This document shows, piece after piece, positions 63,726-64,000 of a stretch of 64,000 bases of DNA. The notes beneath the pieces were generated by a model. It worked only from the letters and a program-made list of their open reading frames with translations. It did not search any database and had not been told where the DNA came from. Location: the IMG/VR virus record IMGVR_UViG_3300037153_000398; one strand, written 5' to 3'. A program made the translations under genes and the position numbers. Position 1 is the stretch's first letter; every line of letters begins with the position of its first letter. Origin of the DNA: an uncultured virus (IMG/VR IMGVR_UViG_3300037153_000398). Taxonomy: Duplodnaviria > Heunggongvirae > Uroviricota > Caudoviricetes.

Positions 63726-64000
63726 ATGCCGAAGAGAATCGCGTCACCGTTGTCGCGCAAGGCGACGCTGGTCGCTGTGGAAATTTCGCAGTGGACGGCG
63801 CGCAAGTACGACAAGCGCGTCACCGAAAAGGTCAACCGCGAGCACGGTGCGGCCGAAGACGCCGGGCGCTACAACAAGCTGCTCATTCAGGCGGATCGCC
63901 TGAAGCGCATCAACTGCCTCGTGTCGCAGGCCCGGACGCTGCACTACAAGTACACGAAACCGTGGGCCGACGAAGGCTTGCGCATCCTGCCGAACACTCT
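63726..64000 (+). CDS. DUF3150-like protein (partial, runs off window)
   Basis: MPKRIASPLSRKATLVAVEISQWTARKYDKRVT...AGRYNKLL...TKPWADEGLRILP; family usually found beside phage MoxR ATPases. Confidence 0.65.
   Translation, partial: MPKRIASPLSRKATLVAVEISQWTARKYDKRVTEKVNREHGAAEDAGRYNKLLIQADRLKRINCLVSQARTLHYKYTKPWADEGLRILPNT

Overview
The whole window is most of a GC-rich temperate phage genome, probably infecting Alphaproteobacteria (Hyphomicrobiales-type XRE, GapR-like protein, FtsZ-tail motif of alphaproteobacterial type). It appears to start at the cos end. Left arm, minus strand: HNH nuclease, NusG/RfaH-like antiterminator, primase-helicase with an adjacent iteron-like origin, RuvC-like resolvase, DUF3102 and GapR-like genes. 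A divergent junction with no repressor gene (9.45-9.84 kb) leads into a plus-strand recombination/early operon (YqaJ exonuclease, putative annealase, ParB-like, AlpA-type excisionase, secreted M15 peptidase). Next come a tyrosine integrase with an attP-like region, a LuxR-solo/XRE regulatory module and an 8-kb array of small coupled hypothetical genes. A stand-alone gene carries an FtsZ C-terminal-peptide mimic. The minus-strand virion operon combines an HK97-type head (protease-capsid polyprotein upstream of the portal) with a Mu-like contractile tail and collagen fibres. Upstream of the head genes are a two-GNAT-like-domain polyvalent protein, which shares a peptide/DNA repeat with the capsid polyprotein, and an inverted MoxR-type AAA module running off the right edge. 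Terminase, a classical holin-endolysin cassette and a CI/S24 repressor are not visible. All product calls come from motif recognition by eye; no searches were run.
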